DNA from: Sporopachydermia quercuum
Lineage: Eukaryota
Length of the DNA: 64,000 nt
Direction of reading: 5' to 3'
Assembly: GCA_001599295.1 (NCBI GenBank)
Contig: BCGN01000009.1
Location: 496,001-560,000, forward strand
Under the pieces are notes generated by a model, which was not told where the DNA came from, did not search any database, and saw only the letters and a program-made list of their open reading frames with translations. Below are positions 10,578 through 23,233 of this stretch, piece by piece. Made by a program: the position numbers and the translations under genes. Each line of letters starts with the position of its first letter. The first letter of the stretch is position 1.

Positions 10578-12989
10578 TTGTGATTTGAGAGAAATTATTC
10601 AACAATGATTGAAAAGGACCTGTTTTTGGACTAGATGGTCTTTGACCGATGTATAATTATATTGAGAAAAATACTAATCAGTTTGTTCACAGGGGGTGGA
10701 TAAAATACATAAAATTTTCAATAAGAATAACTTAAACAGTTATAATCGAAAAAAGCTATACAATAGATTAATCTGACGAAAAAATGCTCTTATTCGCTTA
10801 GAACACTGAGTTACTACTTATCAGTGCATGGTTATGAAATTGGATATAATTAGAAGCCAATAACTTACATTTCAACAAAATCACCCACTATTTAGGCTTG
10901 TTGTTCCATCAGTCAGCTTTATAATATTTTCCCAACTGCTATCAATTCAATTAGTCTCTTGATTTCCTCTATATCTGTGCTTATACTTTCTACATTTCAA
11001 ACGTTCTCTCGTAAACAAACTACTTGAAACCGATAAAGCTTTTAAGTTGACCAATACCATGTATTAATATGCAGGAACCGGAAGTCCTTTTGCTATAGGA
11101 TGAAGATTGTGGAACTTGTAACGAAAACCTTATTTCGAACAAATTATTCATTGACTATATATAAGAAAAAATGAGTAAGTTGGTGCCTAACTTCCATCAT
11201 TATTTACCCAGCAAATTGAATAAAGCCTAATTAAGTGTTCAATATTTAGAAACAAAAAGGGCAGTGAGTGAACATGGATTGGTTCGTTAATTGCGAATTC
11301 TCAGTAATTAAATATTGTAGTGATGTTCATGAGTAAGATAGTTCAGATCCTAAATATAGTACCTATGTAGATGAAATATTTCATTCACAATAAACCTGTA
11401 AACAGCCAACATAGAAGTATATCTACCAGCCAGCTAGAAATCCAACTAAACCCAAACATTCTTTCCCTTTCATTCCCAATATCTTCTTCTACTTTATCAC
11501 CTCATATTACAAGAATTTTATTCCTTTCCTTTCCTATCCTTTGTCTCTTGCTTATCTCTCTCAGAGCGATCAATATGTTGATTGTCACATCCAAATGTCC
11601 AGCTCAAACAGAGGCTTACTATTTGCAGCCTAATGAAAAAACTCCAAATAGGGTAATTTCTCTGGTATAGCTGACTTACTAAGTCAAAAGTAAATAGTAA
11701 ACTCGAACCTTATTCAATTTCATTTAAACTTAATTATGCGCCCTTTAGTAGTGCATAAATATGCCTTCCTTGTTTGAAGAGTAATGAAATAAAGTAGAAT
11801 AGCAGAAGAATTGAAGAAAAATGAAAGATATACAGAGAACAATGAATGCTGGAGAAGAAGATTCTATATAACGGAATGTGACTGATACTAATCCTTGTAC
11901 ATTTTAAAACCCTGGAGGACTTATGAACTAGCCGTAAAGGAAAGAACAATGGGTGTCATTTAAAGCTTGTCTTATCATTATTCACTACATACTGTTATCA
12001 TAATACCAACTTGAATAATAACTGAAGACTATTTCTTAATCATGTGAAAGTTTCCAATTCTCCTAGAAACACTATGGAACTTACGTAAATCCAGCACGCT
12101 TCATCTTTAGCGTTTCAAGCAAAGGTATACATACCTTTTCACTTTGCCAATCTTATGGCACCATTACTATATTTAGACCAACATTACACCCACTTTACTA
12201 CCTTAATCAATAGGAAAATGACAACAGGTAAAAGGAATAAATATTCTCCAACTTTCATAATAGAATGCAAACAGACAATTACATATTGATTCCTTAAATT
12301 CTGTGATTATGATTTTACATCATCATTCAACATTACCTTCCAGCGAAAAAGTTTTGCTGAAGAATTTCTAGGTTAAGGTTTTAAAATAGTTAAGAATTAA
12401 TGAGATTCCTAGTCTCAAAATAGAAGGTAGCCTTGGAAACTCCCGTACTTTTCGCGACATGACGCATCAAAAGAAAAAAGAAATGCAAAACTTTTAATTA
12501 AAGTGCACAAACTCTGTTTAAAGTTTTACTTAAAAGTTCTAGATGATGTTGAAGATTAAATTATAAATAGGAATCTGTTCCTTAAATTGTTGATACNAGA
12601 CGTAAATGTATATAGGCCTGAAAATCCTGAGATAGTTGGCAAAGCGATCATCATATTTTGTTGGTTTCGTTTAACGGAACGAGATGAGTTATATCAATCG
12701 TACAAAGTACAAGAGTATTTAGATGATTGAAAGGTTTTATGGATTTATCATACTGCCTTTGAAGTGAAGGAAGTTTTCATTTTTGTCAATAAGCTTGAAG
12801 ATAGGAACAATCAATTAGCATAGCAAGTCGAACGTTAGACAACTAGAAATCAATAGAAATTTAAAGCCATAACAAAAGAGAAGAAAGTCTTATTACATTA
12901 GGACTTGCAAACAAGCTGAGAGATTTCTTCCTTCGATAAGACTATACTCAACACCAAAAAATTACATCTCATATATATTCCTAGACATT

Positions 12990-13436
12990 ATGGGTATCCC
13001 ACCACCAAACGATGTATTCCTATTAAGGCAACACGCCTATATGGACACCAGAATCAAAGAATACTTACAACCTATATCAGCGACATTCAAGTATCAATTT
13101 GAACCTGACACGGTGCAACATCCCTACAACTATAAGCTCATGTTTCTACTGTTCTTTGGATTTGCAGGACTTATTTTCATAATCCTTAGATCATTGTACG
13201 TGAGAAGACTGGAATCCCACAGAGTTGAATTTTTACCAACTCATTCAGCAGAAACTGTCTCAACGCCGAAAATGAGTTTATCTGACAATCCTTATCACGG
13301 CCAACCACAATTGAATTCACCTCCACAACTGGTATTCGACCCTTCATCACCTGAACTGTCATCTCCACAATCATATTCACCTGTTTATACACCCATTTTT
13401 CAGTTCCCAACTGCCAAAACATGTAAGGCAGTTTAA
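12990..13436 (+). CDS. Hypothetical single-pass membrane protein, 148 aa
   Basis: ATG-initiated ORF with one hydrophobic segment (LMFLLFFGFAGLIFIIL) followed by basic residues and an S/P-rich tail. No family recognised. Confidence 0.6.
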   Translation: MGIPPPNDVFLLRQHAYMDTRIKEYLQPISATFKYQFEPDTVQHPYNYKLMFLLFFGFAGLIFIILRSLYVRRLESHRVEFLPTHSAETVSTPKMSLSDNPYHGQPQLNSPPQLVFDPSSPELSSPQSYSPVYTPIFQFPTAKTCKAV

Positions 13437-14295
13437 TATTGAATGCCATTTCGGTATTTGAAGCTTCACTCTACTATACGCTCACATGAGTTGTTCGCAT
13501 TTTTATCTTGGTTGGTTTTTTCTTTGCATCGTTTACTTCGCCCATGCATTTGGCTAAATATAATTCATTACCTTGCATTTTTTACGGATTTTGAAATTAC
13601 TTTTTTGTTTAAAGGACTGAAATGTAGGTTTTGTTGGATATTAACACTACATAATCAATAATACTATGCTGTACGGTATATATATATCTACCATACACCC
13701 AGTTTGTATTACGACACATGTGTACATATAATGCACCCTACCTTCTCCCGTTGGCCTTCATATTAAAACTTCCCAATTATGATCTTTGCTCTCCGATATT
13801 CAACCAGAGTCACAATCCTACTATTCAGTATACCGTTTTCTAAGCCATCCATCTCATTGTGATCCAAAGATCATTCCTTACTTCTCAAGGCCGCCCTTTC
13901 AATTCCTTTCAATTCCTTCCGCTCCATCATTGAGAAGCCTCAGCCAATACAACCATCATCATTATTACCCCTCTAGGAAATGTCCCATACTACCAAAAGG
14001 AGATTTCAAGGGAGGAATTTTGTAGACTATTATGAAACAGGTATGTCTCTTGTGATGCCCTCTTATATTATACGATTATATTGAACGAGGAAACACTTCA
14101 CGTCTCCTCTCANATGTAGCTGGCCTACAAAGAACAGGCTGTTGGTGTCTTGATTCCTTATCCTATCCTTATCCTTCTCCATAGAAAGAAGGACCAAAGA
14201 ACATGGAAGTGGATTTTCTAATAAAGGGTACTATAATTGACATTGAAAGTGTTAGTAGTACTAATTGAAGTATTTGGGAGGTTTTATTGGAGAAA

Positions 14296-15315
14296 ATGTT
14301 TGCATTTGCCAAGAATATAGTGAAACAGATTGAACAACAGGCTGAATCGATTATTGCTCCTGAACCAAGTAATAGCTCATCGTCAGCAGTTGGAAAAGAT
14401 CTTCCCGACTTTGCGTTTCGCGTCCTTTATGTGAAAGAAAACTCGTCAGCGTTTGGGAAATTAGAGCCATTTTTTGATTACATCATTGCAGTCAATGGAG
14501 CACCAATTCCAAGGACAGATCCTAATGCATCAGCCAATCCCTATGCCACACCGTCTTTTCTTACATCATCAACACCTACACCTGATTACTCAGCAATAGA
14601 CCTTTCCGTATCACCTTTAGGTTTAACGGTATTTTCTGCCAAAGGATTCACCACCAGGCATGTAGTTCTAAAAGGGCCAATTGGCGCATCTATTCAGTGG
14701 GCACCTTTATCCTCAATTCATTATGTATGGCATGTGCTGTCAGTAGCACCAGGTTCTCCTGCTGCAGAAGCAGGACTTTTAGCTGATAGTGATTACATAA
14801 TAGACATAGAAGGAGGTCTTCTTGCAGGGGGAGGTGAAGATCTTCTCTCTTCCTTTGTTTTTCACTCATTTGAGACTTCTCCTGGCCAGCCCTTGAAGAT
14901 GTATGTTTATAATCATGACCACGACATTGTTCGAACTGTGGAAATTACCCCAAGAAGAGGCTGGGGAGGAAGAGGTCTTTTGGGTTGTAACATTGGCTAC
15001 GGAGGTTTGCATAGTATACCAGAGCCCTTAGGTGTTGCAACTGGTACTCCTCTATTTGAAACAGATGACCTACTACAGGCACCAGTGCCAATGCCAATGC
15101 CAGTGCCAGTACGACCCAGGAAGCTGAAGAAGAGTACGAATGATGGAAGTAAGGACAAGGAAGAAGAAAAGAAAAAACAAGTAGCAGATTTGCGGGAGTA
15201 TTTCCAGCAAGAAGAAGAAAGAAGTAAGCAAAATGATCATTTTGTCGCAACCAATGATGAAACTATATCAGCGTTACCTCCACCACCAAAAGTAGGTCAT
15301 CAGCAGAAATCATAA
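14296..15315 (+). CDS. GRH1: GRASP55/65 homologue (Golgi reassembly stacking protein)
   Basis: N-terminus MFAFAKNIVKQIEQ resembles Grh1. PDZ-like motifs LEPFFDYII, WHVLSVAPGSPAAEAGL and WGGRGLLGCNIGYG. Confidence 0.92.
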   Translation: MFAFAKNIVKQIEQQAESIIAPEPSNSSSSAVGKDLPDFAFRVLYVKENSSAFGKLEPFFDYIIAVNGAPIPRTDPNASANPYATPSFLTSSTPTPDYSAIDLSVSPLGLTVFSAKGFTTRHVVLKGPIGASIQWAPLSSIHYVWHVLSVAPGSPAAEAGLLADSDYIIDIEGGLLAGGGEDLLSSFVFHSFETSPGQPLKMYVYNHDHDIVRTVEITPRRGWGGRGLLGCNIGYGGLHSIPEPLGVATGTPLFETDDLLQAPVPMPMPVPVRPRKLKKSTNDGSKDKEEEKKKQVADLREYFQQEEERSKQNDHFVATNDETISALPPPPKVGHQQKS

Positions 15316-15786
15316 TTTTCCTATGATCACCGGAAAGAACTGGAGAACCCTGGAGAAATAAAGCATTTCATATATAGTACGAACCTACATTTGTATATTA
15401 ATGTCATAGGCTTACGCTCTTGGCATTTCAGCTGATTACTGACTGCCTATTTCAATAATTATGAAGATAAAAGTAATACGCGAAGCCAATTACTACTAAC
15501 TATATAGGCCACATGACACATTAATCATAGATATGACTCACTTAATCATAAAAGCTGAAGCACTTTCTCGTTTGTCCAAGTAAATAAATGAAATGAAGAA
15601 AAGAAAGAAAAATTGTAAGAAAAGAATTAACAAAAACAAAAGAACGCCGAATTACCTTAAAAACCATACAGAAAAATCAAACCAGAAGCATATCAGAAGC
15701 ATGCCAGATACCAGAAACAAAACAAAAAGAACCCAGGTTTATCATTATACCGCAGTAGATAGCTTAGTATATACACCATTGAATAC

Positions 15787-17424
15787 TCATGGAGGAGATG
15801 CAGGACCCCATATTCTAATAGTTTTATCATCACTAGCACTTGCAAGCATACTATAGTTCTTGGGGTTCCATGAGACACTATTCACAATACTCTCATGACC
15901 TTCAAGTACTGCTATCAATGCACCAAACTCCCTATTCCATAAATAAACATTACCATCTTCTGAACCACTGGCAACAACAGTATCTCCGTCTCCTCCAAAC
16001 CTTGATCTTATAATGAAGTTATTTTGCTGTTGGCCAACTAGTTTTCTAACCAGTCTGAAAGAGTGAATATCCCATATATGTAGTTCATCAGGTGAGACAT
16101 TCACCAAGCCATACTGTGAGTTATGAGAGATAGATATCGAAGTCAGCTTTCTTTCCATTGATATTGTCTTAATTTCTGGATATCCAGGTTCAGTTAAATC
16201 ATGAAAATGTATCTTGTGTTCGTGTGATATAAGAACTAATCGCGCATCGTCAGGGGATATAGCCAAATCTGCAATTCTGGGTACAGCATCGAACACATGT
16301 TTCAGCTTGCCCTCAGAGCTCCAAACAAGCATTCTTTTATCAATAGAAGCAGTAATGAACTGTTTACCGGAGTGAAACCAGGCACAAGTCACGATCGATT
16401 CCTCATGGCCATCGATGTTAGCTATTAATGTCTCCTTAATGGGATCCCATAGTTTAGCCTTTAAGTCAGCACCGCAAGATACCAATCGGCTGTCATCAGG
16501 GGACCATGCAAGGTATAACACAGCACCATCATGACCGGTAAGTCTTTTGACGGGTTGGAATGTTTTCACGTCCCAAATGATAACAGTGCAATCTCTTGAT
16601 GCTGAGGCTAAGTACTTGCCAGAGTTAGAGAACTCTACGTACCACACTTCGTGATCATGAGAAGTAAGCGTATGCGTATTATACAACGGGAATTTGGCAT
16701 AATCGCCTCTATAATTAGAACAAAGAGATATGCGTTGGTGATAGGGAGACAAATTGTACAAAGCTTGAGACTTTTGANATAATAGTGCATCCTGTAATAA
16801 ATGAGCCAATCTATGCGGTGGAAGCATACAAGATGGAGCGATGGACTTGTGCAGCTTTTTCAATAATTCATTTCGTGATCCGTTTTCTTTTCCTCTCCAA
16901 CTAGAATGTTGGTATAAATCTTCTTTATTTGTATACATCATCAATGATGTTAGCAAAGGAATGTTAGTTTGCTTTGCGTCTTTCTCTAATGGGGTTATTT
17001 CGTTTCTTAGTACATCTAAGGCAGCCATTTGATTCCCTGCTTCTAAAAATTCTAAAAACTTTTGTCTTCTGATTTCAAAGAGCATAATCTTCTCAGTCAG
17101 TATCAACTGTGCTGATAATCCAATGGCGTCATTAGTAGGAGCCAATTCAAGCTCTTGTATGATTGCTTCTGCTTCATTCCAGAGTCCATTCAGAATGCTT
17201 GAATTGAATTTAGTGACCACGGGTGAATTGATGGTAATTTTAGATTCCTTTTCTAAAAGATCTGCAGAATTTCCATATCCTAGGTCTTTCAGAGATTGAA
17301 TGATCAATCTGATAATTTCTACCTTGTCTAGCCTATAATAGGCAAGGGCAGCATTTGCTGATGACGATGCAGACACCACTGAGGAGGAATCAGAATCAGA
17401 ATCAGGTATCGATGTGTCTGACAT
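15787..17424 (-). CDS. GID7: LisH/CTLH plus WD40 protein of the GID/CTLH E3 ligase (WDR26-like)
   Basis: EIIRLIIQSLKDLGY (LisH), RQKFLEFLE, PPHRLAHLL, and WD repeats ending ASASDDKTIRIW. The first in-frame ATG is at 17424. Confidence 0.88.
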   Translation of the reverse strand: MSDTSIPDSDSDSSSVVSASSSANAALAYYRLDKVEIIRLIIQSLKDLGYGNSADLLEKESKITINSPVVTKFNSSILNGLWNEAEAIIQELELAPTNDAIGLSAQLILTEKIMLFEIRRQKFLEFLEAGNQMAALDVLRNEITPLEKDAKQTNIPLLTSLMMYTNKEDLYQHSSWRGKENGSRNELLKKLHKSIAPSCMLPPHRLAHLLQDALLXQKSQALYNLSPYHQRISLCSNYRGDYAKFPLYNTHTLTSHDHEVWYVEFSNSGKYLASASRDCTVIIWDVKTFQPVKRLTGHDGAVLYLAWSPDDSRLVSCGADLKAKLWDPIKETLIANIDGHEESIVTCAWFHSGKQFITASIDKRMLVWSSEGKLKHVFDAVPRIADLAISPDDARLVLISHEHKIHFHDLTEPGYPEIKTISMERKLTSISISHNSQYGLVNVSPDELHIWDIHSFRLVRKLVGQQQNNFIIRSRFGGDGDTVVASGSEDGNVYLWNREFGALIAVLEGHESIVNSVSWNPKNYSMLASASDDKTIRIWGPASPP

Positions 17425-18949
17425 TCTTTCGGAAATAAAAGTCAATTTTTAAGATATATGTAAATATAGATAATTTGATTGGTTTTCTTATTTCCAAAGG
17501 TTGAATAACCTTTGGTGAGTTTGTTAACTATCGCTTCTCTATATCGCTCTATACTCCTTAATGCACTATCAATGCTTAGGATGTCACAGGAGCAGCTATC
17601 AGTAGATCAGTGGCAGGAACAGTATAACGGAATGGTCAAGTATACTCAATAATCAGCTTAATTGGCATTTGCAAACAAATTTATAACCTTTGATGATATA
17701 GAGAAGCGTGCAATTGCCTTTACAACTGTGAAACAAGCCTATTGATAACATAACATAAAGGAAAGGCGTTGTGTCAGTTGAGAAAGTCCAATATCCAGTA
17801 GGAGATAAAAGTGTGGTGGCGTAATAAGGTTGAATGTCTATGCAGAGTTTATGCAGGTGCATGTTGATTGATTATGTGATTAATAATAAACCGAATTATC
17901 TACCCAAAGTTGAGGTAGGAACGGAAGAACAAGGGCAGTGAGAAACGGTTGAAAGAATGAATTCAAAAGAGTGTAAGTCATTACAATTGAAAAAAAAGTC
18001 TACATAGGAAGATTTGTGATTAGTATTTGTCTGAAAATAACAGTTGGTCAATCTTTGTATGGTTCGACTTACTTCGCCATATAAGCTTGTCTATTCTGAT
18101 TCTACTAGACAATCAATCTGACTATATATAATTTAATTCAAACCCAAAAACTTCTCCAACTTATTTCTTTCATCATATTATCAGTTTTATAGATCATATC
18201 AGTGTTCAACTTGCTCCAGAGTTCCTTCCCTACCTCATCTACTCTTCTCTTCTTCTCGACCCAAAAGGGTAATTATTCCCTTTTCCTCATAAAGGTTTTA
18301 ACATCCCATGACTTATCACTATTGTTCTCTGTTTGTATGTAAAATTTCCTCTTTTGGTTTTGTATGAAGGATGAGCATCAAAGGCATTCCCCGGAACTTT
18401 TCACGCTTTTCTTCTTATCATATTTTTATGAATAACGTAAAGAGGAATGAAAGAAGAAGAATAATACTGTTATTGATTATTTGTTGTTTTACTACTCTAT
18501 CATATATTGTGGGATATCTGAAAGTGGAAGTTAACAATTTGATTGTTGATTGTTTCTGCTCGACATATACGAGTCAGTTTCATTGTATTGCACTGCATTG
18601 TTTTGTTTTGTATGGATCGAAAGCGAGATTGTAGAGGTGCAATTGACTGGTGATTAGTTTTATAGCTTGCGGCAATTGTTCATCAAAGAAGCTCACTAAT
18701 ACCTAATAATAGTCTGGTATCAAGTCCCAGAATAGTTCAGTCTACATATCTACCTGCTCATATACAGTCTTCCACCTTGTGTACATTCTCAGGCTCAACC
18801 TCACACCTGCTCATCATCACTTAAACAAACATAATAGTTTATCTCGATAGATTTCAGGAGTGTTCTTGATCTTATACATTCATTTGAGCTGTCATCCAAC
18901 AATTATCTGTTAACGGTGTTATATTTATCGTATCACAATCAAACTCAAC

Positions 18950-19495
18950 ATGAGTTCTTGTTTAAGCTACAAAAGACCAAACCATACTTTGGACCTGAGC
19001 CACAGTCCCAATCATTTATCAGAAAATGTTTGCAATCGGTCGAAGCGTGTTTGTCGTAAAAGTTTGAGCCATCAAACGACTTTCTCGAATTCAGTAAAGG
19101 CTTTCAACAATAATTACCACTCTGATGAACATATGGCTGATGCTTTCATAGGGGCTACCAGTACCCCAGGAAGACTAACTACAGTCTCATCAGCTGCTTA
19201 CCGTGATATAGCATCTGGTCAATCATTTTCATTGCAAAACTCGTACATACATTCATTACCGAGTCAAGAACAACGACAGCAGCAGCAACCAAAACACAAA
19301 CCCGCTGATCAGGAAGTATATAAGGAGCCTCAGTGGAGCGCTATGGATATATCCGACAGGCTATACGAAATGCCTGAAGATGATTCAGATTCTAACGAAT
19401 ATGATTCAAGAAAACAAGGCAATTCAGAGCTGATATGTGATCCTGATGCTGAAATCGAGGATTATATGTATGGACTATTGAATCACTATAGTTGA
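18950..19495 (+). CDS. Hypothetical hydrophilic protein, 181 aa
   Basis: ATG-initiated 546-bp ORF, basic at the N-terminus and acidic at the C-terminus. No family recognised. Confidence 0.7.
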   Translation: MSSCLSYKRPNHTLDLSHSPNHLSENVCNRSKRVCRKSLSHQTTFSNSVKAFNNNYHSDEHMADAFIGATSTPGRLTTVSSAAYRDIASGQSFSLQNSYIHSLPSQEQRQQQQPKHKPADQEVYKEPQWSAMDISDRLYEMPEDDSDSNEYDSRKQGNSELICDPDAEIEDYMYGLLNHYS

Positions 19496-20106
19496 AGCTC
19501 TTATGAATGAATCGAAGGAAGACGAGTTAAGGGGTTTATTTTTAAGGTCTAAAAGAGTAANGTTTGTTGAGTGGTTGGAAGGTTTATGTTTTGGCTAAGA
19601 AAAGGATAAATGAGTATGTTTACTAGCTAGCAAGCAGGGAAAGAAATTTGTACGTTTATATGCTTAAATGATTAAAAAGATAAAAATACATTATGACTAA
19701 ACTATGAAACATTGAAATAATAACCCGCAAAGCGGCAGTGACAGTAACGACTGAGAAAACAAAACAAAACAAAACAAAAAAACAGTCGAGGACAAACAAA
19801 CAAAATGTGGCAAAACAGGCCATACCAAATCATAGCACTAATTGCAACTCAATGCAGTACCACTCGTTTCAAATTACAGGCTAATCAAACCAAATCAAAC
19901 CAAACTCCTTATGCCAGATAGGTTCAGAAAGAGAAACTGAGATCCTTCATACATCATAGTTTTCATTATGTTATAAACATTTACTATTCTTCATTAAATC
20001 ATAATTTCAACTTCGAAAGTCTTTGATTCTCTCATTTCTGTTTCTTTCTAAATTAACTCCAAGTAATAATGTTACATATACCAAAATAGCTTCAAACGAT
20101 GGTACC

Positions 20107-20796
20107 TCATCCAGCTCGTTCTACCCAGAAGTTGGCAATTTCTCCACCATCTTTCATTTTTCTCAACTCTCTCACTATCATGATACCGATTTCGTATTTA
20201 TCCTTCTCCAGTTTATCTAATTTTCTCTTTAATTGATCATGTAAATCTACTAATTTTCTCCTTTCGTTTAAATCGTGAGTACAAGGATTCGGAGGTAATA
20301 ACTGGCTCAAGAATTCAATATAATACTGAATCTTTTCCGTCTTCTCTCCTAGTTTTCTCTGTTGTGCTTGCAGGACTCGTATATATTCATCTTTGCTCCT
20401 ATATTTCCTCACATCTGCTAAAGACATCCTGGTTTCTGCTACCAAGTCTCTCATAGTATCTACTTCTCTTTTGAAATGTATTTTGCTGTCAGATTCAGAT
20501 GTTGTCGATGAAGACGTGTTTCGTCTATCGTCATTATCATTATATACTGCCAGCTTTGTAGGCTTTTTCTTGGATTTTCTTGTTAGAGAATGCGATGGTT
20601 TAGTGACAGTAACATTGAAAGGACCCCACGATTGTTTCAATGGCGTTGGCAATGGCTTTGCTGTATTCTTTTCAGATTCTTCATTTTCTCCTTTTAGTTT
20701 GGTATTCTGTTGACTGAGCAGATTCTCGTTATTGCTAGCTTTTACTGAAGATATAACATCGGGGTTTATCTCCACAGGAGCAGTTTCATGCACCAT
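20107..20796 (-). CDS. Hypothetical protein with a C-terminal coiled coil, 229 aa
   Basis: ATG-initiated ORF with a disordered N-terminus and a heptad-like C-terminal half ending EIANFWVERAG. Confidence 0.8.
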   Translation of the reverse strand: MVHETAPVEINPDVISSVKASNNENLLSQQNTKLKGENEESEKNTAKPLPTPLKQSWGPFNVTVTKPSHSLTRKSKKKPTKLAVYNDNDDRRNTSSSTTSESDSKIHFKREVDTMRDLVAETRMSLADVRKYRSKDEYIRVLQAQQRKLGEKTEKIQYYIEFLSQLLPPNPCTHDLNERRKLVDLHDQLKRKLDKLEKDKYEIGIMIVRELRKMKDGGEIANFWVERAG

Positions 20797-21224
20797 ATTT
20801 CAGAGAGTAATTACACCTTGATGCTGACCTTAATGCTGAACAAAATAAGCAATCCTCAAAAATAATTAGAGAAAATCTTAGAGAAAATCCCTTTCTGCTG
20901 TTGAGCTCTGGCTAGGCTGAAGTAAGCACTGATACACCTGTTTTGCATAAGTACCCGTATAATAGTCTTGATACTGATAAGATGCTCTAACAGATTAAAT
21001 GGATAGAGATAGTCTCGTTAGCACTTATTCATATACAACTAACTATATTTTAGCTCTTGCTTGATTTCGCTTCTCAACAACAGAAAAACTACTTTATATG
21101 AAACTGACCGTAAACATGACTCGTATTCGTACTATGCTTTCCACTATCTGCCATCGTAGAGAATATCTACACCCTCCGCAAGAGAAGAATGATATACTAA
21201 AGAGGGCAAAAAGGGTGGGAATTT

Positions 21225-21251
21225 GACGCGCGTCGTTTTCCGTCTTTCGCG
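21225..21251. promoter_or_regulatory. MCB-like (GACGCGCGTC) and SCB (TTTCGCG) G1/S elements in a divergent promoter
   Basis: Palindromic CGCG core at 21225-21234 and CGCGAAA on the minus strand at 21245-21251. Confidence 0.5.
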
Positions 21252-21997
21252 AATATTTAAGCTTTTTGGAGGACATTAGTTGATTATGTGATCATTAAAT
21301 ATAGGCAGAGAGCTGATCGTTCGAGGGTTGAGTTGAGTTGGTGTTATGGTGAGCGAGTTTAATTGAGGGTACTTAAAGGTACTGGTTTTAGTTAGGTTAT
21401 GATCTTGCTGTATTGATAGTAGTGCTTTTGAGGATTTGGGGATGTTTCAAAGGAGCTCGTTTAATAAGTGCTGGTCATTGATACAATCAACAGATGATGT
21501 AAGGGCACTGAGGCAGGCCCTGATTCATCTTACAGCTTGAAGATATAAGACCCGTGAGCTATTTGGGAGGTACAAAAGTCTTTTGAAACGACATCTTGCT
21601 AGTCACTAAAAAGTCTATTGACACCATTCATACGACATGCTACCTACTTTTTTCTCAGATTTCGCTTGTATACAACTTTAGCTTTCATACTATAACGCAA
21701 ATTCAATACCTTCCGCTGGTGAAATTACCCCACGTCTCATCTCATCATTTCCTTTATAGGAAAACCGGTCACATGACGAAACATGAAAAATCTCATCAGG
21801 TGTTTTATTAGTTATCGTTTATAGTGTTTCCTTTAATCAAAGTGTGTACTATTGTCATGAATATTTATGTTTATGAATTCATAATTAATCAACAAGACAT
21901 CCATAAAAATATTGTTTTCTTTCTCTTCTAAAGGATCTGAGCACGGCAGTTTTCGATAAAGATTGCTAGGAAATACTACTGTTTGTGAGCTCATATA

Positions 21998-23233
21998 ATG
22001 AAAAGGCTGTTCAAAGTAGCTCGATCTGAAAGATACCCTTACAACAACAATAACAACAGAAGTAACAATGGAATTGAGGTAGAAACAATCGCTGATGGAG
22101 AAAATTTTTCGAATAGCAGCAATGAAACCAGTATTGATAATTATGAAGCAGAAACTATCACTGGACCAGGATTAAGGACAAGAACNAATGCGCCAAGCAT
22201 CGGTGGATCTTCCTTATCTGTCACTTTATATGACGGTACAGCATCAACAACTGATGCATCGACATTGTTAGAAAGACAGCGTAATGCTAGAGGGAATCCT
22301 GATTATTCAATAGCTATTTATGGCAGTTTATTCAAAAGTGGGATATACATTTTCAATGATTTCAACTCCTTAACAGCAGAAAGACATCAACCGTATCTAC
22401 AGGCAATAAGTCATAAAAGCTTCAAAAGGAAAGCTCCTTATATGACCATTTATAAATTTCCTGTACTCCAGGAAACATTACCATCAAGCTTAGATACTAA
22501 TGCCAGTGTCAAACAAGCATACTGCGTTGTTCACCAGGATATTCTTGGTAATAATACCATCAAATACACCTTAGAATTCAACTGTGTTCTCAACCCAGCA
22601 ATTCAACGATACCTAGACGATTTCCATTCCCCATACGATCCAGATAGCAGTTTTAACCGTCAAGGCAACGTTAAAAGCTCAGAGAAGAAAGCAGCAAAAG
22701 TAATTATGATCAACGACGGGAAATCTCTCACTACAGATACTGTTATCAATGGCCTAAGGCTTGTATGGTATGGAACAACAGGGGTAGCATCTACATTTGG
22801 TAGTGGATATTTTCAACTGTTAGCTGATAATGATCATAAAACAAACACCGAAGTTTATTTGGAATATCTACGAGATAATGTTCAAGGATCCTTTGAGAAA
22901 TACATGGCGACCCATACAGACATTAGAAGAACTTTAGCTGGTAGTGTACCTATTATTGCTACCTATTCCAATAAGACTAACAATGCAATAATACCCATAT
23001 CAATTTCTGACTTGAATAAGAAAAGAAGAATGAAACAATTAGGTCATTTTGCCTTCTGGATATATAACGACGGTCGGAATTCTACTAGAATGGTTGATAC
23101 TGTTCATCCTCCTGCCTTAACAGAGCTGATCTTATGTATGGGCCTTATTCTACGAGAGCAAGAGACAAGGAAGGTGATTGGTAGTTACTCAAACTCCAGC
23201 TCAAATTTTGCTAATATTTCAATGACTCTCTAA
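21998..23233 (+). CDS. Hypothetical protein, 411 aa
   Basis: Long ATG-initiated ORF with a globular-looking C-terminal region (LVWYGTTGVASTFGSGYFQL; LILCMGLILREQETRK). Not assigned. Confidence 0.85.
   Translation: MKRLFKVARSERYPYNNNNNRSNNGIEVETIADGENFSNSSNETSIDNYEAETITGPGLRTRXNAPSIGGSSLSVTLYDGTASTTDASTLLERQRNARGNPDYSIAIYGSLFKSGIYIFNDFNSLTAERHQPYLQAISHKSFKRKAPYMTIYKFPVLQETLPSSLDTNASVKQAYCVVHQDILGNNTIKYTLEFNCVLNPAIQRYLDDFHSPYDPDSSFNRQGNVKSSEKKAAKVIMINDGKSLTTDTVINGLRLVWYGTTGVASTFGSGYFQLLADNDHKTNTEVYLEYLRDNVQGSFEKYMATHTDIRRTLAGSVPIIATYSNKTNNAIIPISISDLNKKRRMKQLGHFAFWIYNDGRNSTRMVDTVHPPALTELILCMGLILREQETRKVIGSYSNSSSNFANISMTL

Noticed and set aside
18060..18080. GGTTCGA B-box-like words (also near 26135, 27730 and 61638)
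   Set aside because: No cloverleaf, paired T-stem or A-box context, so no tRNA was called.
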